A stretch of DNA of 58,050 nt, counting the filler, from Squatina squatina (taxonomy: Eukaryota), in assembly GCA_031763465.1 (NCBI GenBank). It is 3 parts of 3 records of this genome, joined end to end, with 100 filler letters (N's around TTAATTAATTAA, not from the genome) between each part and the next. Parts side by side here need not be neighbours in the genome. Positions count along the whole stretch, not along the records: positions 22,500 to 40,903 come from JARFOE010000115.1; positions 41,004 to 58,050 come from JARFOE010000005.1; 1 more part is not named here. One strand, written 5' to 3'. Below, piece after piece: positions 33,982-47,167 of this stretch. Position 1 is the stretch's first letter. Each line of letters begins with the position of its first letter. Under the pieces are notes generated by a model. The model ran no database searches. It saw nothing but the letters and a program-made list of their open reading frames with translations, and was not told the DNA's origin. The translations under genes and the position numbers were made by a program.

Positions 33982-36900
33982 ATGGCAAACGGGTTTGTGA
34001 ATGAAGCGCCAAAGCTCATCATATCAGTAAGTCTTATATTTAAGTTGTTAATTTGTCAAATGTTCTTTTAGTACAAAGTTAATGTTATAAAATTCTGTGT
34101 TTTAAACATGTTATTACAAATAACAAGCACTAATTATATTGCTTATCTTTTAAAGCTAATTATCAACTTTTAATTATTTTTACAAAGTAGTTGCTCAGGC
34201 CTGTTTGGAGAAATACATTTCTGATAGTTCACAAAGAAACAAAACTAACATTGAGAAGTCTAGATAAATTATTGAAAAATAAAAGCTCCATGCTCCATGT
34301 TATACATTATACATACGGTTAGCTTTTAAGTTGCATCAGTTTACTCAGTAATTTGAAGCCGGTTCCTAACTTGCACACATTTAGAACATTTGAAATGTTA
34401 TGCATAATTGATTTTAAAAGTTTTTTTTATTGTAAACATTTGCTAACCTTCACAATAAACCATTTAAAACAAATGAAATGAACTCACATAAAATGAAAAG
34501 TTATTATTTTCTAGTTTGTGAAATAAAAGGTCTTTTTCTCATTACAGTTGTTGTGGTTGGGACTCAATACTTTCCTTTTCGGCCACACTTTCTTCCTATA
34601 TGAACGAGGGGAAGCATATATTTATACTCGTGCACTGCTTGGGGTAAGTGAGATATTATTGCCAATTAAAATACATGTTTCTCATCATTAATCTGCTCTT
34701 GGTAATAAGCTAGATATGTGTCTGATTTTTCCTATCAGTCAGCGCTGGCTTGGTCAAGAGCATCTGCGATGTGCCTCAACTTAAACACTCTCCTGATCCT
34801 GCTGCCCATCAGTCGGAATCTGATTTCATTTTTGAGAGGATCATGCAATGTATGTACTATTTCATCAAGGTACCCTGGGGTTTACACTATTCGGGAAAGT
34901 TATATACCACTTTTCACATGAAAGAAGGGTCACAAAATGTTACGTAATGTTTTTAGATTGAGGTTTGGGTTTATCTGTCACGATATATCAATTTGAGTGT
35001 GGGAATTAGAGAGGTTGGCCCTGAATTTGCAGTCGGAGGCTTCCCGCGGGGATCTGCCTCTGATCCACAAATAAAATGCCCATGTAGCTGGTGGCCTAGG
35101 AAGTACAAAGATTTGAGGTNNNNNNNNNNNNNNNNNNNNNNNNNNNNNNNNNNNNNNNNNNNNNNNNNNNNNNNNNNNNNNNNNNNNNNNNNNNNNNNNN
35201 NNNNNNNNNNNNNNNNNNNTCATTAGTGGCAGCTGACAATAGTAAAAGGTCTTAAGCGTCAGGAATGATGACTGCATTTAGTGTGCATCTATTCTTCTCT
35301 GCTGCAATGAGGTACTTCTCTGTAACAGAGCAAGTGGCGCTCACCCGCACCAGGTGAGTTAACTTGTTGAACTTCTTGCAGCACTGGTTAGGAGCCCACA
35401 CTTCCACATCAGCAGAAGATGGCCTGCCATATTGACCTATGTACTGAGGGGGCAGTTCTTCTTCCGGAGGCAGGGTACAGCTGCCCCTCCTCCTCTCCAC
35501 CGATGAGACCAGCATCTTGATTGCCACATCAGTAAATCTCCTGCAGGATACTTCCGACATGATTGGTAACAGCAACAAATCTTTCCCAGTGCCAAACAAG
35601 CTGCTGAACTGTGAACAGCCAGGCTTTTATGTGAAACAAGGCAATGGGAATGAAATTGCTTAATAAGACGTGTCACATGAAAGTGGTTGGTAAATTCAAG
35701 AGAGCGCCCCTCCAGCACCTCTATGCAGCTGTCAGCACCTGTGACAGTGCCATGCCTGGAAATCACACAAACTTCAATGAATTTTCCAGCACCAGGGCGC
35801 TAGTAACGCCTGGCGCTATTGGGGCGCTATTCCGTGCTGCAGCATTTCCAGCGTGGCGTTCACTGAATTTCTAGCCCTGGGAATCACTTTTTCTGTACGA
35901 GAATTACATATGTTTAATGGATATTGAAATCAAAGTGTTACAGAGTTTAACATATTACACAATTAAAGAAGTAGTAATGATGAAAGGTGCTCTTTAATTA
36001 AAATGTACAGCAATATCTTATTTGCTACTTGTTTCTTCCTTTTTGAATGAATCCAAAGTAAACTATAAGATTTATGAAGTAGATCTCTAGTATGTTCAAT
36101 AATGTCTTATTTCTACATTAGCATCCAGCAATTTACATTTGTGGGATTTAAAATATATATTTGAACATGAGGTATTCAATATAATTTGATTTTGAAAAAG
36201 GTAACTGGTGATTCTGACCTTATTTATGAAATGTTATCTGTATTTCTAGAACCCAACAAAAGAGCTGTTAAGTAGCACAGCAGGAGTGACTGGCATTGTC
36301 ATTACTGTGGCTTTCGTTCTGATGGTGACTTCATCTACACAGGTTATTAGGAAGTCGTTTTATGAGCTGTTTTGGTTTACTCATCATCTCTTCATTATCT
36401 TCTTTATTGGTCTCATCATTCATGGTTCAGGGTAAGCGTATTTTCTGTTTTAGAATATAGCATTAACGCAATATCAAAACGACAAATTAAAACATTCCTC
36501 GTAATAAGCTTTCACTTTGCGTAACAGACAAAACAGATGACATCAGCATTAACATATTTATAAATAATGAGGAAAGCATGAGTCCCATTTACAATTCTAA
36601 AAATGTCATTCACAAAGTATTCTAATTATACAATTAAGCAATTCAGATTATTTATACAAAAGCGAAATACTGCGGATGCTGGAATCTAGAATACAAACAA
36701 AAATTGCTGGAAAAACTCAGCAGGTCNNNNNNNNNNNNNNNNNNNNNNNNNNNNNNNNNNNNNNNNNNNNNNNNNNNNNNNNNNNNNNNNNNNNNNNNNN
36801 NNNNNNNNNNNNNNNNNNNNNNNNNNTGATCCTGTTTTACAGGCGCATTGTTCGAGGACAAACTTCTCAGAGTCTTCGGGACCACAATGTTACATACTGC

Positions 36901-38295
36901 AAGGATCATTATGAAGAATGGGGATACATCCCAGAATGCCCTTTACCACAATTTGCTGGAAATGAACCCGTAGTAAGTCAGTGTCTTTAAGCTATGGGGT
37001 GTCAAACATCTATACATATATATTGAGTTCCTTTTTATGGAGCTCTATAATGACCTGTTGGGTAAAAGCACCATGGATTTGTATGTCACAGGCAAGGCCA
37101 CATTATTTGCCATGATAAACTTTGCTCGGCCACTTCAGAGGGTATTAAAAATCAACCATGTATTGTGGACTAGGGTCCAATGTAGAGGGGGTAGATTCCT
37201 TTTCCCTGAAGGGCATTCGTGAACCAAATGGTTTTTTACAACAATGCAGCAGATTTCACAGTCACCTTTTCCTGGTAGTAGACACAAATTACCAGATTTA
37301 TTATTGAATTCAATTTCACAACATGGTGGTATTTGAACTCACAAAGTTTGCTTNNNNNNNNNNNNNNNNNNNNNNNNNNNNNNNNNNNNNNNNNNNNNNN
37401 NNNNNNNNNNNNNNNNNNNNNNNNNNNNNNNNNNNNNNNNNNNNNNNNNNNNNGCCCTTGGCTGGATCAGGCCACCATCACTACGCCTGGCACACTGAAT
37501 GGCATGCTGGTGGCCCGGTTGCTGGCGTCCCTGGTGGCCCAATGTCGGGCAGTGGGGCGCTGTCAGGATGACCGGCGGCCCTCCCTTTTAAGGGAGGCCT
37601 GGCTGAGCTGCTGACGTCAGCATGCAACGCGCTGACGCAGCGTTTTTGACACCGCTGGCATGGCGCTGAAGCCACACCACCGGCGTACAAGGCCAGCCGC
37701 CCCAGGAGTGACCGGCAGCGCGCTGAGCTTTGCAGCCGTGCCGGATCGCTGAATTCCGGGAGGGGTGGGGCAGGTGCCGGCGCGAGAAATGCCGGCTCCC
37801 TCCCTGCGCGTATCTGCACCGTGGCGCCAATAAACTTCTAGCCCAATATTTGAATAAGGTTAGTCTAAAAGAGAAACTGAGGTTCAGAATTATTCCATAT
37901 TACAATATCAAGTCTGCCTTTAATAAAAACAATTCATTTAATATAATAAGGCATTGCCTGGAGTGCTTAGGGATATTTCATAACATAGCCTATAATCTCC
38001 AGGCTGTTTCGAGTAACTGAAAACTGCAAGTAACTGAAAAGTGAGGCTGTTAGTAATGATGAACAATGGGTGCATTATGTACTTGCGTATCTGTACACTT
38101 CAAGCCACTGTGCATATTTTGCTGTGTTACAGAGTTGCAGTTGATGGTCCTTTTGGAACCGCCAGCATAGATGTGTTCTATTACGAAGTTAGTGTGTTGA
38201 TTGCTGCAGGAATTGGAGTGACCCCCTTTGCTTCTGTATTGAAATCCATTTGGTATAAGTACATTCACGCAACGATGACAATGAAAGTAGAAAGG
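33982..38295 (+). CDS. NOX3: NADPH oxidase 3, six exons recovered
   Basis: 33982-34026 (45 nt, [15 protein letters not shown]), 34548-34643 (96), 34739-34849 (111, [14 protein letters not shown]...[10 protein letters not shown]), 36250-36431 (182, NPTKELL...[11 protein letters not shown]...IHGSG), 36843-36972 (130, RIVRGQT...HNVTYCKD...CPLPQF), 38133-38295 (163, [11 protein letters not shown]...[12 protein letters not shown]). NOX3-type residues and position between ARID1B and TFB1M. Confidence 0.92.
35015..35878 (-). mobile_element. Harbinger transposon remnant with Myb/SANT-like ORF
   Basis: [19 protein letters not shown]...[10 protein letters not shown] is a degenerate Myb/SANT-like domain; termini ggccctgaatttgc (35017) and gaatttctagccc (35866-35877). 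Confidence 0.65.
36655..36726 (+). repeat. Short interspersed repeat end (Penelope-like)
   Basis: aaagcgaaatactgcggatgctggaatc...gctggaaaaactcagcaggtc; related piece at 22295-22355. Confidence 0.45.
37454..37843. mobile_element. GC-rich Harbinger/MITE-like terminal fragment
   Basis: CpG-rich block ending aaacttctagccc, matching the terminus at 35866-35877. Confidence 0.55.
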
Positions 38296-38758
38296 GTAAG
38301 TTACTTAGGTGCTAATGTTATTTTATTTAGAAAGCGTACAGAGGATATTGTACAAGTCCCCGTGATGAGACATTTAAGCAGGGAGTCACCTGACTGAACA
38401 CTGCTCACATGAGTGAACTGGGTAGCAGCCAGTCACAAATTATATGAATATCATATTACATGGGATATATGTTCCAATTAGTATAGCTCGTGTATGAATG
38501 CTCAATGCATTCATACTACATTCCTCTCTGCTATTTTTGATCAGACAGTAATCTATTTGGAATAAATGGGTTAATTCCTGTATTACGAGTGCACTGAATG
38601 GCCTTACGTGAGCTTCACCAATTGTAAAATATGCCACANNNNNNNNNNNNNNNNNNNNNNNNNNNNNNNNNNNNNNNNNNNNNNNNNNNNNNNNNNNNNN
38701 NNNNNNNNNNNNNNNNNNNNNNNNNNNNNNNNNNNNNNGACGACCCTGTAATGTGACA

Positions 38759-39528
38759 TTGGCCTGAATTTTGCGGTAAAAATAATGGTGAGGGTAACAC
38801 TGCTCGACATTATTAAACAGTAAATTGGACAGCAACTTTCGGCAGCCGCACATGCGCATTTAAACTTGGAAATCAGGAAGTTGCTGTCCCAGTTGCCCAT
38901 CTCCGCTAAAAACTGCACGTAACTGGTATCTCGCTGACAGACTCGGCATTGAAACACAGGGAACAGTGTGAAGTTGAGGTACTCGCATGAGATATACCCA
39001 CTAAACTCGCCAGAAAACATTAGGGATGTTCATTACAGTGCAAGTTATTTTTTAATGGCATAAGTCTTAATTACTGCCAAACAACCTCTCTGGCACTGAA
39101 AATTAACTTTTACAAGTGTGGAGTCTCATTCCTCCAGATTTAATTATTGTTGGAGATTTTTTTTTAATTGAAAAACTTAAATAAAATTTTATTTTACTCT
39201 ATCTTTCTGTCTCTTTTATTTCTCTCTCTTAATCCCATCCTTCTTTCCCTTTCTTTATTTTGCTTTCTGTAATTGATTTGGCATTGAATTAAATATTCTT
39301 AATTGATGCTTCCTAGCTCAGACCTTGTGTGCCTGGTATATATTCTTCAATCTAACTTAGTTAAGGAGATATACAGTTGCTTGCCATGTTCACACAGGTC
39401 CCAGATGCCCTGTACAGGGCACTGCGCTGTATGGATGTCCTGCTGACAGCAACTTGCTTACAAAACCCCATACAAAGTCTGTGGGCAAGTGCAAGTCTGA
39501 TGCGCTGCTCACAGCAAAATCTGGCCCC
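38759..39528. mobile_element. Non-autonomous TIR element (MITE-like), about 770 bp
   Basis: Imperfect inverted ends tggcctgaattttgc (38760) and gcaaaatctggcccc (39514-39528); no coding capacity. Confidence 0.55.
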
Positions 39529-39952
39529 ATAAGTTTCTGCCAAATGTTTTTCCTGTTATGATTAAAACATTTTCGTTCAGTTGTGTAGATTGAGTGTCCA
39601 GTAAGCAGTCATTATATCGGCTTTGAATGAATAATGTTCCTATGCCTTGTGATCGCTTCCTCTGCTGCTGGAAGCTATTAGCAAATGCGAAATTTTTGTA
39701 ACTGTGGATGAAATGGGTAGTGACAGAGACAAAATTAATGGCAAGTTTACATTGTTTTAAACTTTTGTAAAAGAGGATATTTGTAAAAGTAGCCAATGGA
39801 ATGCTGTGCAACTACTCGGGATGAAATGCAGCAACAGCACTAAAGTGTGAAGAGTAATAACTAACCATTTTGGATGGCCCAGTGGAGTGACACATTTATA
39901 TGCAGTAATCATTACATCCATAAGGCAGACTGTTTTCTACATCGGACATTGA

Positions 39953-40321
<369 letters not shown>

Positions 40322-40903
40322 TAAATTTCAATCTTAAGATGTTACCCTTTGTTTACATTCTCGGGATCAGCATCTCATCAATGCATCTTCCCATTCTTCC
40401 ATGCCCATGACTGGGAAGTTATAGTTTGACCTAATTAACTTGTTCAAATCAATAAATTCAGATATATAAATGTGCTACTGCTGTGATGCACATCAAATAA
40501 TTAGTAGAGTTAATGGTAAATGTGTGGATAAACATTTAAAAATAAAATTGAGGAAACATTTCTGAACAAAATTTCCACTTAGTAGACAGTGTACATTACA
40601 TTTCACATTAAAATTCAATGTAACTGTATCCTGAAAGAGAATTTCCTCAGAGATCTACAGACTATACTATGGATAGAGTGAAAATTGATGTGCTTTACAT
40701 GTCCTTTACTAGTTGTCTGAGACAAATAATAGCTTAGTACTTGGAGCTATCATCTGGGAGAGCTATATATAGATCAAATTGTAGTAAAGTTTGTGTTTAT
40801 TTTCAATTTAAGTTTTATTACCAAAATTTAATATTTAATTTCGGTATGCACACAAACTTTAAACTTTCTCAATAGCAATAAGTATGAACGAGTCGCTCAG
40901 TTC

Positions 40904-41003
40904 NNNNNNNNNNNNNNNNNNNNNNNNNNNNNNNNNNNNNNNNNNNNTTAATTAATTAANNNNNNNNNNNNNNNNNNNNNNNNNNNNNNNNNNNNNNNNN
41001 NNN
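40904..41003. other. Artificial spacer N44-TTAATTAATTAA-N44
   Basis: 12-mer at 40948-40959 centred in Ns. Confidence 0.95.
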
Positions 41004-41574
41004 GCAACAAAGCTCAACTTATTCAAACCTCTCATAAGGTCAATAAGTCCCTACAGTCCGCCGGAAGAGACAAAGATATTGGAATCAATCAATCCCTCGT
41101 CCGAAAACAAATGGAGCTGAAATCCTACTTCATTCTCGCAGCGTCCCTGGAATTTCATCAAGGCTTCTAACCGACAGACAGGAGCAACTCAAAACCCAGT
41201 GCACCGTCAGGCCCCAGTGCAATAGAACTATAGTATCTACTTACCTCAGGACTGATTAATGGTGTCACACATGTGAACCGCCACTGCTCTCACCAGAACT
41301 ACAGACAACTTTAATGGCAAAGGAATCAGTGCAAATCACTGTATGATAAAAAGATAAATGAATTGCTCAAACACAACTCATTTATTACAAAAAAAACCTG
41401 GAGTTTTTATGCGTCAGCATGAAAACCGGTATAGTGTGACAACATCTGCCATTTGAGCACAAAGAGAAAATGCAAATTAATTTAATAAGTTGCGTTACAA
41501 GTGCATTCAGTTTCTATTAAGGGGGATATCCCGTTTCATGAAAGGAGAACTGACAACACATCTGCCAAGGCTTC

Positions 41575-41920
41575 CCACGGCTAATCACTGGACTAGTAAT
41601 CCAGAAAACGGGAGCTCAAATCCCACCACTTTGAAATTAAACTGAATAAAAATCAGTAAAAGTGACCACAAAGCCATCAGATTGTTGTTAAAAAGCCCAA
41701 TGGGTTCACTGATGTCCTTCAGGGAAGGAAACCTGCAGACCTTACCCGGTCTGGGCCTATGCGTGACTCCAGACCCACACCAACATGGTTAACTGCTGTC
41801 TGAAGTGACCCAGCAGGTCATTTGTTTCCAGCCAATTAAATAAAAGGTGCCCCACCACCACCTTCTTAGGGCAATAAAAACCGACTGTGTGAATGACGCC
41901 CACATCCAGAGCATTTTTTT
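41575..41920 (+). mobile_element. tRNA-derived SINE (Meta-domain-like)
   Basis: ctggactagtaatccag...ctcaaatcccacc head; ggttcactgatgtccttcagggaaggaaacctgc...gtgactccagaccc core; caccaccttcttagggcaataaa tail. Confidence 0.7.
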
Positions 41921-42099
41921 TATAAAAAGGACTATCGAGTGATGCTCTGGACAGAGCATCAGATGGATCTCAGGCAAGGACAGCTTCAGGCTTAGCTGAA
42001 ATAATTCCTCAAAAAACTAATTTCCTCAGCACGTCATGGAGGGAGAGGTGATCACGAACATGCAGATGGACAAAAAAAAGTGGACCCACATGCGGGAGG

Positions 42100-42472
42100 G
42101 AGGTTGCACTTCCGCCTCGGAGTCAGTCAGAGGGTTGTGGGTTCAAGTCCCACTCCAGAGACTTGAGCACAAAATCCAGGCTGACAGTCCCAGTGCACTG
42201 CTGAGGGAGCGCCGCACTGTCGGAGGTGCCGACTTTCAAACGAGACGTTAAACGTCTGCCCGCTCAGGTGGACGTAAAAGATCCCGTGGGACTATTTCGA
42301 AGAAAAGCAGGGGAGTTATCCCCAGTGTCCTGGCCAACATCTCATTGCTGTGTGCAGGATCTTGCTGTGCACAAATTTGCTACATTACAACAATGACGAC
42401 ACTTCAGAAGCACTTCATTGGCTGTAAAGCGCTTTGGGGACGTGAATGGCGTTACATAAATGCAAGTACTTT
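42100..42472 (+). mobile_element. Deu-domain SINE (SacSINE1-like)
   Basis: ggttcaagtcccactccagagacttgagcac...gtaaaagatccc...ctgtaaagcgctttggg...aaatgcaagt. Confidence 0.85.
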
Positions 42473-45400
42473 CATTTTGCTCTTTTCAGCCTTNNNNNNN
42501 NNNNNNNNNNNNNNNNNNNNNNNNNNNNNNNNNNNNNNNNNNNNNNNNNNNNNNNNNNNNNNNNNNNNNNNNNNNNNNNNNNNNNNNNNNNNNNNNNNNN
42601 NNNNNNNNNNNNNNNNNNNNNNNNNNNNNNNNNNNNNNNNNNNNNNNNNNNNNNNNNNNNNNNNNNNNNNNNNNNNNNNNNNNNNNNNNNNNNNNNNNNN
42701 NNNNNNNNNNNNNNNNNNNNNNNNNNNNNNNNNNNNNNNNNNNNNNNNNNNNNNNNNNNNNNNNNNNNNNNNNNNNNNNNNNNNNNNNNNNNNNNNNNNN
42801 NNNNNNNNNNNNNNNNNNNNNNNNNNNNNNNNNNNNNNNNNNNNNNNNNNNNNNNNNNNNNNNNNNNNNNNNNNNNNNNNNNNNNNNNNNNNNNNNNNNN
42901 NNNNNNNNNNNNNNNNNNNNNNNNNNNNNNNNNNNNNNNNNNNNNNNNNNNNNNNNNNNNNNNNNNNNNNNNNNNNNNNNNNNNNNNNNNNNNNNNNNNN
43001 NNNNNNNNNNNNNNNNNNNNNNNNNNNNNNNNNNNNNNNNNNNNNNNNNNNNNNNNNNNNNNNNNNNNNNNNNNNNNNNNNNNNNNNNNNNNNNNNNNNN
43101 NNNNNNNNNNNNNNNNNNNNNNNNNNNNNNNNNNNNNNNNNNNNNNNNNNNNNNNNNNNNNNNNNNNNNNNNNNNNNNNNNNNNNNNNNNNNNNNNNNNN
43201 NNNNNNNNNNNNNNNNNNNNNNNNNNNNNNNNNNNNNNNNNNNNNNNCAAGTACTTTCATTTTGCTCTTTTCAGCCTTGGCAGTGTCCTGCGCTGTGGGT
43301 CTCGTTTGCCATTTGAAAATGAATTATGAGCGATGCCTCAACACACATTATAAGCAGAAGCCATCAGAAGCACGCTTGCATTTCCTCGCAAGAAATACAG
43401 TTGAGCCTCACTTGTGTAGCGAGCACGGTGTCACATTACTGATCGTACATCATCTGCTACCTATTTGCATCGAAAGTACCAGTGAACTCTTGACAGATGC
43501 ATGATTAGTTTGCCATGAGAATGCAGACATGGATCAGAACCCCGGTATAATGGGAGTGAATGGATACTGGGATCAGAATGATGCTTGGATTGGGATTGCA
43601 TTTATCTGCAGCTGACTGTTTCCAAACATGTTCGCAAAGACAGTGGCCAGCAGATGCAGATGTAATAGTTATTTTTTTTTATGCAGAATTGAATGAACTT
43701 CGCTCTGTGAGTGCTTAATGCTGACACTCACATCCCTCAAGTTGACGATGCTAAAAAAGATCGTTTAACTCCTTTTCCAACAAAAGTGGCCTTAAATCAT
43801 ATAATAAAATGCTCTCGTACACTCTTACTACTGAATTATATCCACAAGTAATTGGCACATTGGTGTTCTGCTCAACTAGCTATTGCTAATGCATCTTTTA
43901 TCATCAACAAATTTTAACTCAGGGAGTGAATGTGGCATACAGGGTTTGGAAAGGGTGGGAAATCCCCATGGCATGAGGCCAGGGCCAGCTTAACCCCCAG
44001 GCCTTATTACCCTGTAGGAGGATGGATTCATGCTGGAACTCACTACTTGGGCAGGAGCAGGATTTTGGGTGGCAGAAGTCCATCGCCGGGAACCCATGGG
44101 AACAGTCCCTGGTATAAGATAAACGGTGATGGGCCAGAGGCATTCTCAATCGGGGAGGAGAATTTACCCAGGCCCCGACCCTGCTTGCCTTCCTATTTCA
44201 CTGGCAGGTCCTGCACTCTGGGCAAATTGCATGGTCCTGAGTAAAAATCACATCTGGATCCGAATGACAATCGTAAGGACAGCAGCATTCAAAAGAGAAA
44301 GCCCACCATCACCTTCTCAGGGCAACCACTGATCTGTAATAAAAATGCAACATATCTAGTGCTGCCCGAGATCAATTTTTTTTAAATTACAGTGATATGT
44401 GCAGTATTTTTCAAAAATCTGTAGCAGCACCAATAACTGATAACTACTGATATTTCCTTATATATGCTTGTCAGTTTTAGATATGGGCAACACGGTTTGG
44501 TCTGACTGGGATCGGTTGCTCACATATCTGACTGTATCATTCTTTGAATCATGTCTTTTTCCTGTTATTGCTATTAACGTAAGGCAGACCTAGCATGTGT
44601 CAGCAAGTCCAGCCTTCAATTACACAGCAAATATATCCGCCCTTTAGAGCTTAGCAGACTGAGTTTTGCTTGTGCATGGAATGCATTAATTAAGCACTGC
44701 TATCTTGGGTTAACTTTACAGCAGCTACTGTGTGCCNNNNNNNNNNNNNNNNNNNNNNNNNNNNNNNNNNNNNNNNNNNNNNNNNNNNNNNNNNNNNNNN
44801 NNNNNNNNNNNNNNNNNNNNNNNNNNNNNNNNNNNNCTATCCCAGCATTCATAGTGACTGTGGAAACCCTGTATTAAAACCAGAAGGCCCTTACTCTCTC
44901 CAGTGACAGAACACACTTGATAATTCCAGTCAGGTTTTAGTAGGAAAGAAAGAAAAGAAAGAAAGAAAGCTGCACTGGAAAAGGAAATGTATTGATGCCA
45001 CTGGCCTGCCCCTCTGGACCAGGTGATAGGATACACCGAGGGTAGGGATCATCAGTGAAAATCTTACACATTGGGATATGCCCAATATTGACTATTCTAT
45101 TGTAACCATTAACAAACGGTTGGTAAGTAACAGGGGCTTTCATGAGAAACAGGGGTAATGAGTTACAAGCTTCCCCCGTTATTGAACCACAAAGATTAAA
45201 TTGGTGGGGTCAGGGAGTGGGTAACCCAGCAACAGAATTTGATAAAGGTCTTTGTTCAGGCGGAAGGGCTTAGACCCACTCACGTCTTTTGCGGAGAAGT
45301 TACAGGGAAGGTTTGCTGTAACTTAGCAAAAAAGTTTGTATTCATTACACAAACAGGGTGTTTATCTTTCCAATAATTGAATTAAAAGGTGCTTTAGAAA

Positions 45401-46173
45401 AGCATTAGGCAAAAGTTGATGGAATACCAACTAGGCCCACAGACAATGATTTGCAAGAATCCACTGCTAAAGTAATTATTGTGACACAAGTTATTATGCG
45501 CAAGAAAATTGTCTGAGTTTTTTTAAAAATACTAAGTAAAGGAGATATTTTAAATAATTGGATCAAGACTTTAACCCCTTCAGCAATGAAGTATTTTTTC
45601 TGGTTAACAAGAGAGGTATAATTGGATCTCAGGAATTTCGTGCAGATCAAGGCTACTTGGTCATGGTGATTGTGCCATTGCCCCAACTGCACACTGGAGC
45701 TATCGACTCCAGCCCCAGTTCCCCGCGTCATTGAATATTTCCCTTCAGTGACACTGAAGGCGAGGTGTAAACGGGGCCTCTAGTGGGCTGCAGTGACCTC
45801 AGAAGCTGCCCGTCTAGCCCCCAGAGGTTTCGGAACTCAACTCCAGCCAGGTCTTGGTCCGCAGGTACACTGCCGCCCAAGCTAAAAAAAAAGGCCAGGC
45901 TTTAACAGCACCGAGAAAACACAAACTTGTTAAAATGTCGCAATCATTGGTTGTCATGCCGATGGAAGGAGCTCAAGGTAATTTTAAAGTGGTCAGGAAG
46001 AAAATTTAACTCTGTTGTTCACACGCCTCATGATTTCCCAGTATCCGCACCAAAGAAGATCTCAGCAGCTCAGCCTGGGTTTTGGAGACACCCGTGTGAA
46101 TACAGCAATCCACATAGTGTAAATTCAGTGGCGCGACCAGTTTGGCTTCAGTAGCCTCCCTTACAGTTTAGGC

Positions 46174-46283
46174 ATCAGCCGTGGCTCAGTGGGCAGCACC
46201 CTCGCCTCTGAGTCACCAGGTTGTGGGTTCAAGTCCCACTCCAGAGACTTGAGCACAAATTCTGGGCCGACACTCCCAGAGCA
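46174..46283 (+). mobile_element. Deu-domain SINE tRNA-like head
   Basis: tcagccgtggctcagtgggcagcaccctcgcctctgagtc...ggttcaagtcccact (Pol III A and B boxes). Confidence 0.8.
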
Positions 46284-47167
46284 NNNNNNNNNNNNNNNNN
46301 NNNNNNNNNNNNNNNNNNNNNNNNNNNNNNNNNNNNNNNNNNNNNNNNNNNNNNNNNNNNNNNNNNNNNNNNNNNNNNNNNNNAAGAGTAGGCTCATGTG
46401 GAGCACAGAGCAGTTAGGCCAAATGGCCTGTTTCTGTGCTGTTAATTCCATGGAAGCTTAACCAGCCCTTCATCCACAGACAGGAAGCATCAGCATAGGC
46501 CCTAGTAGGTCAACGGTTAACCCTCTTCACTAACAGGTCAACTGCCTGACCTTTTAGGACAAGGCCTAAAATAGAATGAATTGACTCTCAAAAAAAAAAA
46601 ATCGGTCAAAAAAAAAGTCTGATCTTTTTTCAGGTGGAAAGCAAAAATGCAACAGAGTACAGAATTAAAATTAAGCGCTAGGCAATTCTGCAAACCACAT
46701 TGTCAAGTGTTAAAATTGAAAGGTGTGGTGTCTGTAGGCGAGATTATCAAAAGAATTCTAATGTGAATAAGTCTTTGTTTCTAAACCTGACTGTGGCTAT
46801 AATGAGCAAAACAGGAAACTGCTTATCTGATCAGCCAGCCAAACCTCTCGGTGAAAACCTGTCTGAAAAGTACTAGAGTTGCAGTTTGATAGAAAATAGT
46901 CAACAGATATAACTAAATGAGACCGTACTAAAAAACATCAAAAATTTGTCATAGTACAGCATAAAATTAGAAGTGTCTGTATGTTTCAAGTGCATTTTAT
47001 AAAAGATGTTTAGGAACAGAAATATCATTTGGCTCAATGACCCTTTCCCTACATCAGAGGTTAAACCCACCTACCCACTTTGCGAATGTACGAATATAAC
47101 AGAAACATTAAACTGCACTGTTTTCTCCGTGCCTTCGTAAGAAAATGTACCACGCAATCTGTGCTGG

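Noticed and set aside
37454-37843. CpG island as an internal NOX3 promoter (also 31865-32155)
   Set aside because: Ends in a transposon-like terminus shared with other copies; better explained as a mobile element.
41245-41298. Minus-strand exon-like segment with strong GTAAGT donor
   Set aside because: Stops in all three frames; at most an unassignable non-coding exon.
46174-46250. tRNA-like sequences with A/B boxes (also 11610, 42100, 47168)
   Set aside because: They continue into Deu-SINE bodies, so they are SINE heads, not tRNA genes.
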